Below are positions 26,331 to 35,544 of a stretch of 45,123 nt of DNA, piece after piece. Made by a program: the position numbers and the translations under genes. Numbering within the stretch: the stretch's first letter is position 1; the number at the start of each line of letters is the position of its first letter. The notes under the pieces were generated by a model. It did not search any database and had not been told where the DNA came from. It saw nothing but the letters and a program-made list of their open reading frames with translations. The DNA is taken from sequence record DRR723986_5359. One strand, 5' to 3'.

Positions 26331-29018
26331 ATGCGTAAAACGCTCAAAATATTGAGGAAAATTCTCTTCTGGATTTTTTTTGTAGGTCTCTTTATCACCA
26401 CGGTGATAACGATTCTATTGACCGTTTACGAAGATGATATTAAGCAGTTTGCCATTGATGAATTGAATAATCATTTGAAAACGAAAGTGGATGTTGAGGA
26501 TATAGAACTATCCATATTTCATGATTTTCCTTATGCTTCAATTGAGTTCCAGGATGTTTTTATTCCGGATGCTTTTCCAGATGCAATATCTAGTGATACT
26601 CTGTTTTTTGCTGAGAGTATGTTTCTAAATTTTAATGTTTGGGACATCTACTCCGGTAATTATAAAGTGAAAAGGGTAAGTGTTCATCAAGGATCACTTC
26701 AAATGAAAATTGATCATGAAGGGAATAACAATTATGATATTTTAGAGGAGAAATCTGATTCGATTGAGCAGGATAAAAAATTCAATTTTTTACTTGAACT
26801 GTTGGAGTTAGAAGGAATGCACTATAGCTATTCGAACTTTGCCTCTCAACAATTTTACGATTTCAATATTGAAACTGGATTGTTACAAGGAAATTTTTCG
26901 GAAGATGATTATCAACTCTCGGCTGAAGCTGATTTGAGGATTAATCAATTAAAAAGTAATTCTTTCTCTTTAATAAACAACAAGGATGCAAACCTTGAGT
27001 TGGAATTAGACGTGTCGGCTCTTGCCAAATCTTACACATTTAATAAAGGGGACCTCACCGTTGAGAAAATGCCTTTTCAAATTACGGGGTTCATAGATTC
27101 AACCGAAATGGATTTTGAAATCAAGGGAAAAGAAATCCAAATAAAAGACTTGGCAAATGGTCTGTTAGAAGAATCTATGGCTGAAGTGAAAAGTTATGAA
27201 AGCGAAGGGGTATTGGATTTTTCAGCAAAAATTACTGGACCGAGGTCTTCAACTGAAATGCCTGATGTCACAGCAAATTTTCAAATCAATGATGGAGCAA
27301 TCATTGAACCTAAAAACCAACTTTCAATTAACGAAATTAATTTATCAGGTAACTATCAGAATGCACAGAAAAACAGAAAAGAAAAGCTCAGCTTTGACAA
27401 GTTTGATTTAAAATTATTGCAAAGCTATTTTGAAGGCGAAGCTACTGTCGAGGATTTCGCTCAGCCGATTCTTGATACCAAGATGAAAGGCGACCTGAAC
27501 TTAGAGCGATTCCAGCAATTTTTCAGTTTTAAAAATATAGAAAAATTGACTGGAAATTTAAACTTCAATTTTAACGGCAGTATTCAGTTTTTTGATCCCG
27601 AGTTTAGAAAGGAAAAATTTAGGGTACTTAAATCGAATGGACGATTTAATTTGGACAAAGTCGTTTTCAAAGCAATTGATAATGATATTTATTATCAGAA
27701 TATTTCTGGAGATATTCTTTTGAAAGATAAAGATGCTGCCGCGCAAGATTTAACAATAAAAACCAGTCAATCTGATATTTTGTTGAATGGAGCGTTAAAG
27801 AATTTTGTGCCATTTATTGAAGGAACAGGAAGTTTAGGCCTTATTGCAAGTGTCGAAGCGAATAAAATTGTACTTGACGAATTTCTTGGAGAGCCCAATA
27901 AAAGTAAATCTGGTCCTTTACAGATGTTTGTGTTACCAGCAAATTTGAATCTCAATATCGACCTTCAACTAGGGGCCTTACAATGGGAACATCATCAATT
28001 CAAAGACATCAAATCGAAAGTGCTGATGGCGAATAGAAAGATTAACTTAAGCAGCTTATCGTTTAAAATGCTAGAGGGTAGTGCCTACGGAAATTTATCA
28101 TTGAATAATTTATTGGCAAATGGAAACGTGATTGATGGCAACTTGAAATATAAAAACATCAATGTCAAAAGCCTGTTTGCAGAGTGGGACAACTTTGATC
28201 AAAAGAGTATAACTGACCAACACATTTCAGGTAAGTCATCCGGTTCTATAGAGTTTTTATTAGGGTTCAACCCTTACTTTTCAATCATTGAAGAAAAGTT
28301 GTTTGCCAACTGCGATATCAACATATCTAATGGAGAGTTGAATGATCTTGAAGCCATGAAGTCAATCACCGACTATATGCGCTCAAATAAGGCCTTAAAA
28401 TTGATGCTGAATAAGCATATCGACAGATTTGAAGATAAATTATTGCATTTAAAGTTCTCTGATATAGACAATAAACTGACGATAAAAGATCGCAGATTGA
28501 ATATTCCTAAGATGAAAATTATAACCAATGCCTTAGATGTTGAGCTGTTTGGATGGCATGATTTTGATAATCAAATTGAATATCACTTCAGTTTTAGGTT
28601 CAGAGAATTAAAAACAAAAGCAGAGGAAACGGAATTCGGAATAATTGAAGATGACGGTCTTGGAATGGTTATTTATTTAACCATGTTTGGTGATTTGTAT
28701 GACCCTAGTTTTTCTTTAGACAAAGATGAGAGACGATCGAATTTAAAAGAAGATTTGGCGAAAGAGAAGCAAGATTTAAAATCAGTGCTGAAAACAGAAT
28801 TGGGCTTGTTCAAAAAAGATTCAACGGTTCAAAAAATAGAACAGCAGAATAAAAAAGAGGTGGAATTTATTTACTTTGAAGAAGATAATAATGAGGAGAT
28901 TGATAGCACGGAATACAAGGAAAAGAATAAGAAGCGTACTTTCAGAGTAATTGAAAAGTGGAAACAGGAGCAAGAGGCGAATAAAAGCAAGATAGATGTG
29001 GAGAAGGACGACCAGTAA
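26331..29018 (+). CDS. AsmA-like envelope protein
   Basis: Single N-terminal TM anchor, then ELNNHLKTKV..IELSIFHDFP..GNNNYDIL; long beta-rich body with an AsmA-like C-terminus. Confidence 0.8.
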   Translation: MRKTLKILRKILFWIFFVGLFITTVITILLTVYEDDIKQFAIDELNNHLKTKVDVEDIELSIFHDFPYASIEFQDVFIPDAFPDAISSDTLFFAESMFLNFNVWDIYSGNYKVKRVSVHQGSLQMKIDHEGNNNYDILEEKSDSIEQDKKFNFLLELLELEGMHYSYSNFASQQFYDFNIETGLLQGNFSEDDYQLSAEADLRINQLKSNSFSLINNKDANLELELDVSALAKSYTFNKGDLTVEKMPFQITGFIDSTEMDFEIKGKEIQIKDLANGLLEESMAEVKSYESEGVLDFSAKITGPRSSTEMPDVTANFQINDGAIIEPKNQLSINEINLSGNYQNAQKNRKEKLSFDKFDLKLLQSYFEGEATVEDFAQPILDTKMKGDLNLERFQQFFSFKNIEKLTGNLNFNFNGSIQFFDPEFRKEKFRVLKSNGRFNLDKVVFKAIDNDIYYQNISGDILLKDKDAAAQDLTIKTSQSDILLNGALKNFVPFIEGTGSLGLIASVEANKIVLDEFLGEPNKSKSGPLQMFVLPANLNLNIDLQLGALQWEHHQFKDIKSKVLMANRKINLSSLSFKMLEGSAYGNLSLNNLLANGNVIDGNLKYKNINVKSLFAEWDNFDQKSITDQHISGKSSGSIEFLLGFNPYFSIIEEKLFANCDINISNGELNDLEAMKSITDYMRSNKALKLMLNKHIDRFEDKLLHLKFSDIDNKLTIKDRRLNIPKMKIITNALDVELFGWHDFDNQIEYHFSFRFRELKTKAEETEFGIIEDDGLGMVIYLTMFGDLYDPSFSLDKDERRSNLKEDLAKEKQDLKSVLKTELGLFKKDSTVQKIEQQNKKEVEFIYFEEDNNEEIDSTEYKEKNKKRTFRVIEKWKQEQEANKSKIDVEKDDQ

Positions 29019-29053
29019 TAAAGTCTTAAAAGATACGTTTAGCAGCTAAGCAT

Positions 29054-30649
29054 ATGAATCTTTATCATAAGAAACAACGTTGGAAAATTGCCTTACTCGG
29101 AATTGCGATTCTGTTAGTAGGTGTTTCTTTATGGTTTTCATTCAACATTGTTAGCAAGGTTCAAGACAGGGAAGTTCATAGAATTGAGCAATGGGCGGAT
29201 GCTGTTGAGAGAAAATCTGAACTTGTTAAGCTAACCAATAATGCATTTGCTGAATTGAGTTCGGCTCTCGAGAAGTTAAAAGAGCGTGATCGACAAAAGG
29301 TTGAAATGTGGTCAATGGCCATTGAAGAAATTAATAAGCCCCTTCAAGATTACTCATTTGTCGTTAAAATTCTTCGTGAGAATAACGCTATCCCTATAAT
29401 TATTACCGATTTGAATGAAGATATTGTATCAAGTCACAATATCGGAAACATTGATTCAATCATTGATAATAATATTCAAGCTGAGTTCGCTGAAATGGAT
29501 AATTCAAGTAAAGATTCCATCTTCAAAAAGGTAAAAAATGACAGTTTGAAATCGTACATTGATTTTTGGAGAAAGGCGCATCCACCATTGGAAATTGATC
29601 TTTATTATGGCGAGAAACAAAAGGTATTTTATTTTGATTCTATTTACTTCAAAACACAGAAGTTAATTGCCCTAGAATTCAGCAGAGATTCACTAATATC
29701 TTCCTTTACAGATGAGTTGGTAGCGAATGAATATTTGGTTCCAGTGCTATTCATTGATTCTGATTCGAGAGATGTTTTAGCCACCAATATTCCCGAGTAT
29801 GATTCAACAAACGCTATTTCTTTGGTTCAAAGGTTAAAAGAAAATGGGGATTCAATTTTAGTTGAATTAGATGGACAAAGTACAGGAGTCATTTATTACG
29901 AACATTCTGAAGAAGTCACTCAAATGAAACTGTTCCCAATAGTTCAATTTGTCATTATTGGCCTCTTTATTCTGATTGCATATATCGCATTTTCTACTTT
30001 CAGAAAAGCTGAGCAAGACCAAGTTTGGGCTGGGATGGCAAAGGAGACTGCTCATCAGTTGGGAACGCCAATTTCGTCTTTAATGGCTTGGAATCAATTG
30101 CTTGAATCTAAGGGAGTTGATGAGAGTATAACGGTTGAAATTAACAAGGATATAGATCGATTAAATACCGTCACCAATCGATTTTCTAAAATAGGTTCAC
30201 AAGCGGTTCTTGAATCATCAGATATTGTCAAAATCATTCAAAATGCAAGCGATTATCTAAAGACTCGAATCTCCAATAAAATTGAATTAGAGTTTATCTC
30301 TAGTAAAGATTCAATCATGATTCCAGCTAACAGCTCTTTGATAGAATGGGTGATTGAAAACATTACAAAGAATGCCGTGGATTCTATGGAAGGCCGCGGC
30401 AGAATAGAAATCAGGATAGAACAGAAAGAGGATGAGGTGTTTATTGATATTGAGGACAACGGAAAGGGAATTCCAACAGGAAAACTAAAATCTGTATTTC
30501 AACCTGGATTCACTACCAAAAAGCGTGGCTGGGGCTTAGGACTGTCTTTGGTGAAACGAATTATTGAAGAGTTTCATAAAGGCAAAGTTTATGTCTTACA
30601 GTCAGAAGTCGGAAAAGGGACCACCTTTAGAATTCAATTACCTGTTTAA
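29054..30649 (+). CDS. Orphan sensor histidine kinase
   Basis: Two TMs, VWAGMAKETAHQLGTPISSL, ENITKNAVD, DNGKGI, PGFTTKKRGWGLGLSL. Confidence 0.95.
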   Translation: MNLYHKKQRWKIALLGIAILLVGVSLWFSFNIVSKVQDREVHRIEQWADAVERKSELVKLTNNAFAELSSALEKLKERDRQKVEMWSMAIEEINKPLQDYSFVVKILRENNAIPIIITDLNEDIVSSHNIGNIDSIIDNNIQAEFAEMDNSSKDSIFKKVKNDSLKSYIDFWRKAHPPLEIDLYYGEKQKVFYFDSIYFKTQKLIALEFSRDSLISSFTDELVANEYLVPVLFIDSDSRDVLATNIPEYDSTNAISLVQRLKENGDSILVELDGQSTGVIYYEHSEEVTQMKLFPIVQFVIIGLFILIAYIAFSTFRKAEQDQVWAGMAKETAHQLGTPISSLMAWNQLLESKGVDESITVEINKDIDRLNTVTNRFSKIGSQAVLESSDIVKIIQNASDYLKTRISNKIELEFISSKDSIMIPANSSLIEWVIENITKNAVDSMEGRGRIEIRIEQKEDEVFIDIEDNGKGIPTGKLKSVFQPGFTTKKRGWGLGLSLVKRIIEEFHKGKVYVLQSEVGKGTTFRIQLPV

Positions 30650-31044
30650 GCTTTTTCTTGGCAAAGTTCAACTAAAACACTATTGGTTGACTTAGGATGT
30701 AGAAATGCAATTCTTTTATTATCAGCACCATCTTTAGGACTTTGATGTATCAATTGAAAACCTTCTTTAGATAAGCGGTCAATTTCAAAATCAATATCCA
30801 CCACTTCAAAAGCAAGATGGTGAATTCCTTCGCCTTTTTTTGCAATGAACTTTGCAATTGCGCTATCCTCATTTGAAGCCTCCAGTAACTCGATTTTTGA
30901 CTCACCCAATTTGAAAAAGGAAGTTTTAACTCCTTCAGAGGCAACTTCTTCCATTTTATAATGAGGTGAATTGAATAAGATTTCAAACAATTTGTTTGAG
31001 GCTTCAATGTCCTTTACGGCGATTCCGATATGTTCTAATTTCAT
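30646..31044 (-). CDS. mce: Methylmalonyl-CoA epimerase
   Basis: EHIGIAV, EGVKT.F, IELLE, GEGIHHLAF, FLHPKST.SVLVELCQ; TAAGTTTG at 31049-31056 (minus). Confidence 0.93.
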   Translation of the reverse strand: MKLEHIGIAVKDIEASNKLFEILFNSPHYKMEEVASEGVKTSFFKLGESKIELLEASNEDSAIAKFIAKKGEGIHHLAFEVVDIDFEIDRLSKEGFQLIHQSPKDGADNKRIAFLHPKSTNSVLVELCQEKA

Positions 31045-31066
31045 AAGTCAAACTTACACATTATTG

Positions 31067-31102
31067 AAAAAAAAAGCCCGCTTTGAAGATCAAAACAGGC
31101 TT
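31067..31102 (-). terminator. Terminator downstream of the 31125-31931 gene
   Basis: Minus strand: aagcctgttttga tct tcaaagcgggc tttttttttt (G-U pairs in stem). Confidence 0.7.
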
Positions 31103-31124
31103 TAAATATTATTCAACGAAACAA

Positions 31125-31931
31125 TTACGTCTTAATGAATTTTTCGTTTTTATTATCGTAGTTGATGTAATATGCCCCCTTCTTGAGGTTTTCGCAATTT
31201 ACTTCAGATCCAACTCCTTTTTTAACAATATTACCGTATGCATCATAGATTTCATACTTGGTTTCAATAGGTGCTCCTCCAGCCGTGAAATTAATTTCTT
31301 TTTTCACTTTTTTCGGATTCAATTCAGGTTCTTTGATTGAAGGGTTTGAAAAAGTAACTGCTTGAGAAGGTTTCTTTTTTCCAGTGTGGTCAGTTTGTAC
31401 GACTCTCACTTTATTTTCGCCTGAGTGAGGTGAAACTTGAAAAGTGTAACTGTTCTCTGAAGCAGTTCCTACCCCGTCAACTTCTCCTACAGAAACCCAT
31501 TTATTCCATCTGTATTGTTCAACTACATAAGGTAGTTTTCCAGATTCACCAGTTGTTGTCCAAGAAAGAGAACCATCAGGTGAACATGAAATATCTCCAA
31601 CTACATATGTACTTTTTGGTAATAATACTTCTGGATTTAAGATTTTCGGTTTACAACCAATACCGTGCTCTAAAACAATAAATACTGGATCTCCAATATT
31701 TACGCTAAACTCTGCAAAGTTTATTTCAAAGGCACTTGATTGAATTCCATCCGAAATCGGATCTCCATTTACAGTGGCTTTTGTCACACAAAAACCAAAT
31801 CCATCCTCATCCTCAGGATTTTGAACGTAGAGATTTTTTCCTTGATAATGCCCTTCAATAGACAAATCAGCATATGAAGCATATGTGCCGCCTAGAAAGA
31901 TCGTTACCAGTAAAATAGTGTTTTTCAACAT
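31125..31931 (-). CDS. Exported hypothetical protein with a divergent T9SS type A CTD-like C-terminus
   Basis: Signal peptide (SYA-D); Ig/Fn3-like middle (LSWTT..YVVEQ..W..VGEV); end YEIYDAYGNIVKKG..LKKGAYYI..KFIKT. Confidence 0.65.
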   Translation of the reverse strand: MLKNTILLVTIFLGGTYASYADLSIEGHYQGKNLYVQNPEDEDGFGFCVTKATVNGDPISDGIQSSAFEINFAEFSVNIGDPVFIVLEHGIGCKPKILNPEVLLPKSTYVVGDISCSPDGSLSWTTTGESGKLPYVVEQYRWNKWVSVGEVDGVGTASENSYTFQVSPHSGENKVRVVQTDHTGKKKPSQAVTFSNPSIKEPELNPKKVKKEINFTAGGAPIETKYEIYDAYGNIVKKGVGSEVNCENLKKGAYYINYDNKNEKFIKT

Positions 31932-32140
31932 AATAGCTAATATAAAAACGCTTTACTTCTTTTATAAGTAAGTGCAATATTAAAACTTCCAAAAGAGATA
32001 AACAAGCTAAAACCTATTTTTTTCTGTTGGTCAAAGGTTTAGTCAAAGATAATATCCTTTAGAACTTCTCCTACTTAATAAATTTAATTTATATTTGGAT
32101 TTAGATAATTAAGAGCTATTTGAATTTTCAACACTTGAGT

Positions 32141-33883
32141 ATGAATATATTAAAGAAGATAAGTTTAATTCCAGTTGCGGCACTTTTGTTTGCTTGCGGT
32201 GGCGATTCTGAAAATACGACTAATGAGACCGGAGAAGAGTCAATTTACGGTGGTGTATTCTCAATGCCAGTGGGTAGTTATTTTAACTGTATTAGACCAA
32301 TTGAGGTACAAAAGCTAGAAACTGCACAAGTTTATGATCAAGTTCTTGATGGTCTTGTAAAATTTAATCCTAAAACTCTAGAAGTTGAGCCTGCTCTTGC
32401 TTCTGAATGGACAATCTCTGAGGATGGAAAGACTTACGTGTTTACACTTAGGGATGACGTATATTTTCACGATAATGCATGTTTCGCAGACGGTAAAGGA
32501 AGAAAGTTAGAGGGCTCTGATGTTGTCTATTCTTTTGAGAACATTTATACGAAAGAAGCTACGAATCGTGCCTATACTAACTTCACAAATACCGTGGTTG
32601 GAGGAGAAGAGTTTTACAATGGAACGGCTACTGAAATTTCAGGAATTTCTGTTGACGGAAATAAAGTAACAATTCAAATTCTTGAACCGAGTTCGGTATT
32701 TATTCAAAAGTTGGCTACTGTTTTTGCAACGATAGTGCCTTATGAGTCTTTTGAAACTGGTGAATATGTGCCTGTTGGAACAGGGCCTTTTGCATACGAT
32801 AAAAGCTCTAACTCTGAATTGGTTAAATTATACAAAAACCCGAATTTTTATGGTAAAGACGCTGAAGGAAACCAATTACCTTACTTAGATTCAGTTCAAT
32901 TCAAATATTACGAGAATTCGGATGATCAAATGGATTTATTCTGGGAAGGTGGTTTGTCTTATATTCCTAACGTTCCAATTACAAGTATTTCTGAAGTACT
33001 TGAAGAAAGAATTGAAGATTTCGAGAGCAATCCACCGAAATATATGTTGGTTTCGCAACCACAATTGTCTACTACTTATCTTGAGTTCAACATGCAAACG
33101 CCTGTTTTGAAAAATAAAAAAGTAAGACAAGCCATCAATATGGCTGTAAATAGAAAGAAATTGGTTGAAAAAATCATGAAAAATCAAGCCTACGAAATTG
33201 GTAAGTTCGGAATCACACCTCCACTTCCAAAAGTATTTGCTGATTATGATTTTGAAGGAATTGAAGATGTAGCTTATTCTTACAATCCAGAAGAAGCGAA
33301 AAAATTGTTGGCTGAGGCGGGATATCCAGGTGGTAAAAACTTCCCATCACTTTCTATGCAATTTAGATTAGGAAACGATCACTACTTAGTAGCATCTGAA
33401 ATTCAAAATCAATTAAGATCTGTATTGAATATCAATATTGAAATTGAAGGTGTTGAGTTCAATCAATTAATTGAAAACCAAGCAATGGGTAAAGCGGATA
33501 TCTTTAGATCTACCTGGTTTGGTGATTTCCCTAACCCTGAAACATTCTTAGTAAACGCTTACGGTAAAATCGTTCCAGATAGTAAAGATCTGCCTTCATA
33601 CATGAACAGTTCAAGATATGTTAATCCTGCTTTTGATGAAGCGTTTGAAAGAGGAGCACAGTCAGGAAATCAAGCTGAAGGTTATGCAGCGTTTGCAGAA
33701 GCTGAAAAAATCTTAATGGAAGATGCGGCGTTCATCATGTTATGGTATGGTGAAGACATGATGTTACTACAATCGAATGTAAGAGATTTAGAAACGAACG
33801 GTATCAGATTTTTAGATTTAAGATCGGTTTATTTCAAGACGCGAACTGCTGAAGAAAAAGACAAGAATAAAGCTGAAAGCTAA
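32141..33883 (+). CDS. ABC transporter substrate-binding lipoprotein, family 5 (peptide/nickel)
   Basis: Lipobox FAC-GG from ATG 32141; EPALASEWTISEDGKTYVFTLR, PVGTGPF, KVRQAINMAVNR, YNPEEAKKLLAEAGY; TATATTTG at 32090-32097. Confidence 0.92.
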   Translation: MNILKKISLIPVAALLFACGGDSENTTNETGEESIYGGVFSMPVGSYFNCIRPIEVQKLETAQVYDQVLDGLVKFNPKTLEVEPALASEWTISEDGKTYVFTLRDDVYFHDNACFADGKGRKLEGSDVVYSFENIYTKEATNRAYTNFTNTVVGGEEFYNGTATEISGISVDGNKVTIQILEPSSVFIQKLATVFATIVPYESFETGEYVPVGTGPFAYDKSSNSELVKLYKNPNFYGKDAEGNQLPYLDSVQFKYYENSDDQMDLFWEGGLSYIPNVPITSISEVLEERIEDFESNPPKYMLVSQPQLSTTYLEFNMQTPVLKNKKVRQAINMAVNRKKLVEKIMKNQAYEIGKFGITPPLPKVFADYDFEGIEDVAYSYNPEEAKKLLAEAGYPGGKNFPSLSMQFRLGNDHYLVASEIQNQLRSVLNINIEIEGVEFNQLIENQAMGKADIFRSTWFGDFPNPETFLVNAYGKIVPDSKDLPSYMNSSRYVNPAFDEAFERGAQSGNQAEGYAAFAEAEKILMEDAAFIMLWYGEDMMLLQSNVRDLETNGIRFLDLRSVYFKTRTAEEKDKNKAES

Positions 33884-33900
33884 ACCACTGACATCTTTTC

Positions 33901-35025
33901 ATGGCCGGAATTTATTTGCACATTCCTTTTTGCAAAAAGAAGTGCCATTATTGTGATTTTCATTTCTCAACCAATTTATCCAGTGTCCAAAATATGGTGG
34001 ACGCTATATGTCGTGAAGCAACGTTAAGAAAACATGAGTTGCATTCTGACTTAATTGAAACCATTTATTTCGGTGGCGGAACGCCATCTGTGCTTTCAGA
34101 AATTCAACTCAACCAATTGCTCAATTGTTTGAGAGACAATTTTCAAATTATTGAAACCCCTGAGGTTACTTTTGAAGCCAATCCCGAAAACCTAACAAAG
34201 GCTTATCTGTCCAGCCTAAAATCTGCAGGAATAAATCGGTTAAGTATTGGGTTACAATCTTTTGATGATGAAGTGTTGAAAACAATGAATCGTGCACACA
34301 ATGCTGAGGACTCTTTAAACTGTGTTCAACTGGCGGTTGAAATGGGATTTAAATCTATATCTATTGATTTAATTTATGGTATCCCTGATAGAGATTTGGG
34401 ATATTGGAAAACCCAGGTAGAGTGCGCACTGAATCTTGGTGCCAATCACATATCTGCCTATTGTCTCACTATTGAAGAAAATACAGTTTTTGCTCATTTA
34501 GAAAATAAAGGAGATTTAAAAATTCCGGAAGATGACGAAAGCTTACAACAGTTTCAATACTTGGTCAACGAACTTGCCGCACATGATTTTGAGCAGTACG
34601 AAATCTCTAATTTTGCATTGACCGGTGGTATATCCAAACATAATTCGTCCTATTGGTTGGGTAAAAAATATGTGGGATTAGGACCTTCGGCTCATTCTTT
34701 TAATGGATCTGAAAGATCTTGGAACATAAGGAATAATCCACAATACATTAGACAAATAAATGACAATGAACTGCCTTCAGAAAAAGAAGCTCTAAGTTCT
34801 GAAGATAGATTTAACGATTACGTTTTAACGAGATTAAGAACAAAGTGGGGACTTGAAATGAGTGTTTTAGAAAACATGATGAAGTCCTTACAGCATCCCA
34901 CCTTTGAACAAGAACTAAATACCCATTTAAGCAATAACAATCTAAAAAGAAATGAAGGGCACATTTTCTTGACGGACAAGGGAAAGTTCATTGCTGATAG
35001 AATCGCCTCAGATCTTTTCGTTTAA
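33901..35025 (+). CDS. hemW: Radical SAM heme chaperone HemW
   Basis: YLHIPFCKKKCHYCDF, YFGGGTPS, YEISNFA, and the HemW-type HNSSYW motif. Confidence 0.92.
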   Translation: MAGIYLHIPFCKKKCHYCDFHFSTNLSSVQNMVDAICREATLRKHELHSDLIETIYFGGGTPSVLSEIQLNQLLNCLRDNFQIIETPEVTFEANPENLTKAYLSSLKSAGINRLSIGLQSFDDEVLKTMNRAHNAEDSLNCVQLAVEMGFKSISIDLIYGIPDRDLGYWKTQVECALNLGANHISAYCLTIEENTVFAHLENKGDLKIPEDDESLQQFQYLVNELAAHDFEQYEISNFALTGGISKHNSSYWLGKKYVGLGPSAHSFNGSERSWNIRNNPQYIRQINDNELPSEKEALSSEDRFNDYVLTRLRTKWGLEMSVLENMMKSLQHPTFEQELNTHLSNNNLKRNEGHIFLTDKGKFIADRIASDLFV

Positions 35026-35055
35026 AAGCTTAATTTTGCGCAAAAGAAATCAACA

Positions 35056-35544
35056 ATGGCAGAAGAGTTACAAATTGCAGTAGGTTCGCGAAAAGAGGTT
35101 TATCAATCTCTTATTCCGCAACTGAAAGCATTGATAGAAGGTGAAGATGATTTCATTGCAAACTGTGCCAATATAGCAGCAGCATTAAGACAGAGTTTTA
35201 ATTTTTGGTGGGTAGGATTTTATTTCGTTAAAAATCAGGAGGAACTTGTCTTGGGACCTTTTCAGGGAGATATTGCTTGCACAAGAATAAAAATTGGTAA
35301 AGGTGTTTGCGGCACAACTTGGGAGAAAAATGAGACGATCATTGTGGATGATGTTGAAACTTTTCCAGGTCATATTGCTTGTAGCTCGGCATCAAAATCT
35401 GAAATAGTTGTACCAATTGTTAAAGAGGGTGTAGTAATAGGTGTATTGGACGTAGACTCTGATAAACTTGCCGATTTTAACGAAGTGGACAAAATATATC
35501 TTGAGCAAGTAGCGTTAATCATTGCCGATTCTATCCGTTCTTAA
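35056..35544 (+). CDS. msrC: GAF-domain free methionine-(R)-sulfoxide reductase
   Basis: WVGFY, LGPFQG..AC, GVCG, FPGHIAC, SEIVVP, LDVDS; TAATTTTG at 35031-35038. Confidence 0.88.
   Translation: MAEELQIAVGSRKEVYQSLIPQLKALIEGEDDFIANCANIAAALRQSFNFWWVGFYFVKNQEELVLGPFQGDIACTRIKIGKGVCGTTWEKNETIIVDDVETFPGHIACSSASKSEIVVPIVKEGVVIGVLDVDSDKLADFNEVDKIYLEQVALIIADSIRS

Noticed and set aside
30646-30649. Convergent stop-codon overlap (TTAA) of the kinase and mce
   Set aside because: Real but common in compact genomes; no evidence of function.
33901-35025. HemN coproporphyrinogen dehydrogenase call
   Set aside because: Short N-terminus and the HNxxYW motif indicate HemW.
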